A stretch of 39,877 nucleotides of DNA, taken from NCBI RefSeq assembly GCF_001194135.2, contig NC_068989.1:38702082-38741958 (forward strand). Direction: 5' to 3'. Within the stretch, counting starts at the first letter, position 1, and each line of letters opens with the position of its first letter. Under the pieces are notes generated by a model. It made no database searches. It was not told the DNA's origin and was given only the letters and a program-made list of their open reading frames with translations. Shown piece after piece: positions 33,951 through 39,877 of this stretch. The stretch comes from Octopus bimaculoides (taxonomy: Eukaryota). The translations under genes were made by a program, and so were the position numbers.

Positions 33951-35092
33951 GGGGGCATCCCATAGATAATGCTGTTTCGGGATAAACTACTTGCATCAAC
34001 TTGCTATAAAAGCAGTTAGTAATTTTACCTTGCCCTTATTCTTAGTGCAAGTTTTGAAGAGTGCAGTTCGATTTCAATAGTTATTTTTCAAAGCTATAAT
34101 GAAAGTGACAAAGGAGCATATTTGGCATATTTTGATTTATGAGTTTAATAAAGGCAATAACGCAACAGAAAGTGTGAGGAATATTAATGCAACATATGGG
34201 GATCAGACAATAGTGTAAGCCAGTATCAATGGTGGTTCTAGAAACTCCAAATCGGAAACTTCAGTCTAAAAGACAAACCTTGTCCTGGAAGATCTGTAGA
34301 GCTTGACAAGGACGTCCTGCAAACCCTGGTGGAACAAAATCCCATTGTAACTGTTGATGAACTAGCAGGGAAGCTTGGATTTGGTCATTCAACCATTCAT
34401 TGATGCCTTTGTGCCATTGGAAAAGTCATCAAATTGGGTCATGAGTTCCTCACAAACTTTACGAGTCTAATCATGTGCAGAGAGTGAATGTGTGCTCTTC
34501 CTTGCTGTCTTGTCTCACAAATGAACCTTTTTTGGACCGAATAGAGACTTTGATTCTCAATAAAAATGTCAACCGAAGACAGTGGGTCCCTACCCACTGT
34601 CTTAGGTTGACAGAGGAGAAACACCAGCACCCCAGATGAGAAACACCAGCAACCCAGAGGAGAAACACCAGTACCCCAGGATAAAGAATGTCTTCACCCA
34701 CATAAGGTGTTATTTGTTTGGTGGAATATGAAAGGTTTAACCCACTTTGAACTTTTAAACACAAACCAAATGATAACAAAAGAGATCTACTGTGAGCAGC
34801 TTAAGTCGGTGCTGGAAGCGAAATGACCATCTTTGTTTTCAAGACAAAAGGTTTTGTTCATCAAGATAATGCTGAGCCACATACAGCGAGGCTGACATTC
34901 CGAAGGCTGGGGCAGTTTGAATGGGAAATGAAGCCCACCCCCATATTTGCCAGACATTGCCCCATTTGATTATCATTTATTTAACTGTCTTCAAAATTAT
35001 TTGGATGGAAAAAATATGAATTCTGGAGATGAGATTAGAACAGTAGTGGAGGAGTATTTTTCATCATGGACAAGGGAATTTTGAAAGAGGGG
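33951..35092 (+). mobile_element. Mariner (DD34D) relic, right end lost
   Basis: MKVTKEHIWHILIYEFNKGNNATE, GRSVELD, VPHKL, HQDNAEPH and PDIAPFDYHLF (YSPDLAPSDYHLF-like); putative left TIR GGGCATCCCATAGATAATGC. Confidence 0.9.
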
Positions 35093-35270
35093 CCCATAGT
35101 AATGTCAAACATATTTGGTTTAACCTTCCTAATTCAATATTTATTCTCAAATTTAATGATAGATTTCTTAGCTTCCAAAATAACATCTATTTCATCCCTA
35201 GTTATTTCTGAATTTTATTTTGCAAACATCAGTGCCTTATTAAGTAGTATTGGGTTTACAGAAGATATAT

Positions 35271-35357
<87 letters not shown>

Positions 35358-36490
35358 AATATATACAGTAATTTGAAATATCTCTCTGGATAAATTTAGT
35401 TTTATCCTTATTTTGTATTTGTGTAAACCAGTTAATCACTTCATTGGAACAGTACCAAAGGTTTAGCTTTATTATATTCCTAAGTTTCGGTATATATTTA
35501 TTTAATATGAATTTACTAATCCTATCATGACCAGATTTAGAAGGATGTATAAGTCTAACTGTTGGATTTGTATCAAAGTTAAATTTATGGTGCTGAAGAA
35601 TAATTCTTGGTACCTTTGGTTCTGTTTTATCTTCCAAATTATATCTTAGCATAATTTCTTTTATTTGAAGGTTTAATTGTTTCAGGTTTTTGGAATCCAT
35701 AATCTTATCGTTTTTAATTATCTCTTTCTTTAGAAGTAAGTGGTACATCGATTAGTTTAAATGGTTGAGGTTATCCATTATCAGCATGAGCCAGAATACC
35801 ATCTTTTTTCAAAAGTTCTTTAGTTAAAGTATGCAGTTCTTGAAGGTATTTGTTCTTCCTAAGAGAGAATTTATGAAATTTTACATTTTTAACAATTCTC
35901 TAGAGTTCATCTTCGAAAATGCCCAGATGTTGGTTATATCGTCTTGTTTTAAAATTTTGCTGTATACAGTCGTCGATCACTGTATTTTTAAGATCTACTT
36001 TATTATCACGAATGTAGGCTTACCATCTCATATAGTGTATAAAAGCAGGGATGCTTCAATGCTTATCTCCCCCATAATCAAGTAAAATGTGTAGTTAGCT
36101 TGTTGATTAATGATAATAACTAAATTAGTAAAAAGTAAGGGATTACCCCAAAACAATGACCAGTTTGCTTTCAGTTAGGTATTGAAAATATGTTATTCAA
36201 CAGTTAACATATAAATCCAGTGAAGTTCTTATAAGATAAGAAATTAGAGGAATATTCCATTGGATAATTCTGAATATATTTCCTTAACTATACAGGTCTC
36301 CTGGAGTATAAATATTGACAATATTAAAAAGAAGAATTACTTAGATGTTGCAATAGTATTACCGTTAATTGTATAATTCTATACCACCTTTTAAGACCAA
36401 CACATGTTTCAATTGCACCGATTAGTATTCATTGCAGTTGCAACCCTACTATGAAATAGTGCAGTCTCTTCAGGGTCTTAACTTGATATA
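35092..36490 (-). mobile_element. Penelope-like retroelement, 5' portion (ribozyme-bearing leader, ORF N-terminus and RT up to FDITMG)
   Basis: Minus strand: MRW*AY, FEDEL*RIVKNVKFHK, ILAHADN, LQHHKFNFDTNPTVRLIHPSKS, LWYCSNEVINWF, KFIQRDISNY, LLNKALMFAK, MFDITMG. No GIY-YIG part present. Confidence 0.88.
36391..36481 (-). ncRNA. Type I hammerhead ribozyme in the Penelope-like element leader
   Basis: Minus strand: TTAAGACC CTGAAGA GACTGCAC [40 nt] GTGCAATT GAAA CATGTG TT^ GGTCTTAA. Perfect 8-bp stem I, core CUGAAGA/GAAA, cleavage predicted between 36399 and 36398. Confidence 0.88.
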
Positions 36491-36532
36491 CCTTGGTATG
36501 GCCGTATATATATGTATGTGCATGTATTTGAG

Positions 36533-36647
36533 GTGATTGTGTGGTTAAGAAGTATGCTTCCCAACCATGTAGTCTTAGGTTTAGTCCTACTGCACATCAC
36601 CTTTGGCAAATGTCTTCTACCATTGGCCCAAACCAACCATAGCCTTG
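36533..36647 (+). mobile_element. SINE family A, 5' head
   Basis: TGTGTGGTTAAGAAGTATGCTTCCCAACCATG...GGCAAATGTCTTCTAC. Confidence 0.75.
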
Positions 36648-36854
36648 ATTATGGGAATACACTTTTGTTGTGCTTGATTGTGAATTTCTTATATTTTTGT
36701 GCCATTATTTTGAGTTATAAAGTGGAAAGTGTTTGTGCATTCATAGTTTGTGAACATAATTTATATTGGTATTGGTTAGATTTTCTTTATAGGTAATTTT
36801 ATTAAGCTTAGATAACATTTAGATATTTGTGATTAATTTTAGGAGGTTCTGTAG

Positions 36855-36866
<12 letters not shown>

Positions 36867-36927
<61 letters not shown>
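36867..36927. repeat. (CA)n microsatellite
   Basis: Directly visible. Confidence 0.95.
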
Positions 36928-37260
36928 TCAAAATCGAACACAAAGTATGTGTGTTAGTTCATGGGTCAGCTGCAGTTTTTAGGCATAAGAAAATATGTTC
37001 TGTATTCATCTGGTGTAAAAAAAAATAAGTCATAGTCTATATATATATATATATATATATATACAGAGAGGTGGGGGGAATAAAGAGGTAGATGTATAGG
37101 CGCCTGTGAGCCAAATGGTTGTAAGAATTTCTTTTACAACCACAGAGTTTAATCCCATTACATTACATCTTCAGCAAAAGTCATTTGATTGAGCATTGGG
37201 TTGACTTGTTAACTGATATCTTGTGACTGAAAATAGGTAGGCAGAAACTACTTTTTTCAT

Positions 37261-37466
37261 TTTTTTCTACTCTAGGCACAAGGCCCGAAATTTTGGGGGA
37301 GGGGGCCAGTCGATTAGATCGACCCAGTACACAACTGGTACTTAATTTATTGACCCCAAAAGAATGAAAGGCAAAGTTGACCTCGGTGGAATTTGAACTC
37401 AGAACATAAAGACAGACAAAATACCACTAAGCATTTCACCCAGTGTGCTAACATTTCTGCCAGCTC
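37261..37466 (-). mobile_element. tRNA-derived SINE, family C, well preserved
   Basis: Reverse complement: GAGCTGGCAGAAATGTTAGCAC (A-box-like)...GAGTTCAAATTCC (B-box-like)...CTTTCATTCTTTTGGGGTCAATAAATTAAGTACCAG...GGCCTTGTGCCTAGAGTAGAAAA. Confidence 0.9.
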
Positions 37467-37474
37467 CTTGAAGC

Positions 37475-37610
37475 CTATCATGTGGATTGTACCTGTAATT
37501 TAAAACATACAGCCATATCACATTCTTTGATGTTGTCTGACAGTTATGTTAAGGGCACATGTGGAATGCTCAGCCACTTCAACATTATTTTGTGAGACTG
37601 GTAATTCACT
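37475..37610 (+). mobile_element. SINE family B, 3' part, decayed
   Basis: TTGTACCTGTAATT...TCACATTCT...GTTAAGGG...GGAATGCTCAGCCACTT. Confidence 0.55.
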
Positions 37611-38039
37611 TCTTTGAGTAACTGAGTTTTTATCCTCAAATGATGGAGATCCACCTCTACTACCATCAAATATGTAAGCATGTATGTATATAAGCAAATG
37701 TATAAAGTATTCAAAGGAATCAGGTACTTAAATGATAGGCATCAGGTAGGGTGAAAATCAACTTGTAAACAACACCTTTAATTGAATCAGGTGGTTGCAA
37801 GTCTTGCTGAAGTTTTCTTTATTTCAGAAATTTCCTTCTCTTACATAGGTTGTCTTCACTATGACTGGTGAGCACCATCTACCCTTACATATATTAGAAA
37901 GCTGTTGATTCTCCTGAGTTCCTCTGCCATTTGACAGGTCTTGTTTTTCATCCTGTAGGTTGTGAAAAGATTACCCTCCTCAATTTAGTATGTATATATG
38001 CATATATTATATGTATACATGTGGATATATCATTCTCTT

Positions 38040-38190
38040 TCTCATCATTGTTACCATTTAACATCTGTCTTCTATGCTGGCATGGTATCTATGGCTGGAT
38101 GCTCTTACTAATGTCAACAGTTTTACTCAGAGTACTGAGAGACTGTTATCTAGTACCAGTACTAGTGAGGTTACCTTGTCACTTAGAAGA
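38040..38190 (-). mobile_element. RTE-tail element, family D, decayed
   Basis: CATTTAACATCTGTCTTCTATGCTGGCATGG...GGCTGGATGCTCTT. Confidence 0.6.
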
Positions 38191-38630
38191 TTAAAGATTC
38201 CTTTCAACTGAGCTGGATATAGTAGAGATGTAGGCAGCTTTATGGTAAGTGTTGATAAGTTAATGTATAAAAGAAAGGACAAGAAAATGTTCCTTGCTGC
38301 AGAGATGATGCATGGCTACCTTGCATTATATAAATATGCATAGGAATAAGTGGAGTGAACCTGAAAAGATAGCTGAAGGTGTTGCTAATGAGATATCTGA
38401 GTGAGCTCGCAAGGTGTAAAATAATGAATAGAAGAGGATTGCAGAGTGGTTGTAAGTGAGTGGGTAGAATGAGAGCTGATAATAAATGGACATAGATGGT
38501 CACTGTGATGAATGGTGAACAAAAGTAGTGGAGTTAGTTAATGCTAATTATGAGTTGACAAATGGCAATACAGAAAAGATGAAGAGCATCATAATGTTTA
38601 TAAAGGTAGTAATAGCATTGATAATAATAA

Positions 38631-38832
38631 TCCTTTCTATACAATAGGCACAAGGCATGAAATTTTGATGGAAAGGGACTAGTCAATTACATCAACCCAG
38701 TGCTCAACCGCACTTATTTCATCACCTCTGAAAGGATAAACAGTAAAGTCAAACTCACTGGCATTTGAACTCACAACGTAAAGCTGGAAGAAGTGCAGAT
38801 AATCATTTTAACGATTGTGCCAGTTCACCACT
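38631..38832 (-). mobile_element. SINE family C
   Basis: AGGCACAAGGCATGAAATTTT...CCCAGTGCTCAAC...ATTTGAACTCACAACGTAAAG. Confidence 0.8.
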
Positions 38833-38857
38833 TCAATAATAATAGTAATAATGATAA

Positions 38858-39046
38858 TCCTTTTTACTATAGGTACAAGGCCTGAAATTTTAGGGGAGAG
38901 GGCTAGACAAATACATCGATCCCAGTGCTCAAAAGGATGAAAAGCAAAGTCCACATTGGCAGAATTTGAACTCAGAATGCATAGACTGATGAAATGCCGC
39001 TAAGCATTTTGCTCGGCATGCTAATGATTCTACCAGCTTGCTACCT
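38858..39046 (-). mobile_element. SINE family C, second copy in tandem
   Basis: AGGTACAAGGCCTGAAATTTT...CGATCCCAGTGCTC...ATTTGAACTCAGAA...TAAGCATTTTGCTCGGCATGCTAA. Confidence 0.85.
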
Positions 39047-39054
39047 TTATAGTA

Positions 39055-39088
<34 letters not shown>

Positions 39089-39100
39089 TAATGATAATAG
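39055..39100. repeat. (AAT)n microsatellite
   Basis: Directly visible. Confidence 0.9.
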
Positions 39101-39826
39101 AGGAGATATGAGAAGGATGAGAGAGAAGTGATGACTAGTGGATGTTGGGTGAGAAGGCTACAAGAGTGAGTGTATTTATCTCTCTGTCTGTTTGTCTGTC
39201 TGTCTGCAAGGTGGCATCCCTACATGGCTGCATTTCAATGACTGCAGCCTTTAAAAATTATGGAAGAATATCACAATGAAAAATATTGACTCATTCTTTC
39301 TCATCTACACTCCTCGCTCTATATTTCCATTTTTTTTTTCTCTCTCTCTCTCTGTCACTATATATCTTTTTCTCTTTATTCCATCTTTATTCCAATATAT
39401 CTCACTAGATTATCTCTGTGATGCATTGAATATTCATAATTTTGGCAGAGATGATTTTTATTATCTCATGGCACATTCTTATTTGTTCCTGATTGTTGAA
39501 ACACCTGCACTGATAGGTCATGTACTTATATGGAATTCATGATCTATCATCTACACACACACAAAGACCCATACATACACATCCTGGAACAACAACAAAA
39601 AAGCTACTGCTTTTTTTTCTAAACCCTAACAACGATGAAAAATGTAAAACACAACAAGATTGATTAGATTCAATAGAGAGAGAGAGAGAGACTGCAGCTT
39701 TCAGGTGACCGAGCTTCCTTGCGTACAAAATGTATTTCAGTGCTTTTGCAGATAAGATCACAGTGTATAGTTGTCTATAGCTTGGATAAATGGATATATA
39801 AGCCAGTGTGTATGTATGTATGGATG

Positions 39827-39877
<51 letters not shown>

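Noticed and set aside
32981-33999. Long hydrophobic ORFs
   Set aside because: Products of (CT)n, (TA)n and (TG)n microsatellites.
37261-37466. tRNA genes at SINE heads
   Set aside because: A- and B-box-like motifs are present but no complete cloverleaf; they continue into SINE bodies.

Overview
This window is AT-rich, microsatellite-dense eukaryotic DNA made almost entirely of transposable-element remains. The SINE families, (GAT)n-tailed RTE-type repeats and repeat density suggest an octopus/cephalopod genome (inference from recalled repeat consensus, not verified). I found no intact host gene or convincing exon chain. Nearly all ORFs in the track are artefacts of simple repeats or antisense reads of transposons. 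Recognisable elements: a near-full-length but broken RTE LINE (APE + RT with an embedded PHD-type finger), a Penelope-like retroelement fragment, a Tc1 element with both TIRs, two mariner relics, pieces of a CR1/Jockey-group LINE, a probable CRE-clade fragment, a weak pogo remnant and about 20 SINE copies of four families. The most interesting signal is three type I hammerhead ribozyme motifs, all on the minus strand. One (36391-36481) sits upstream of the Penelope ORF, one (19776-19823) is solitary with an intact catalytic core, and one (13003-13043) is decayed. Other notable structures: two different ~140-bp foldback elements, a hairpin-plus-triplication scar inside a mariner, an old ~3-kb-period tandem duplication with reciprocal TE insertions, and a 352-bp false duplication across a 10-N gap. 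Coordinates were counted by hand, and boundaries of decayed elements are approximate.
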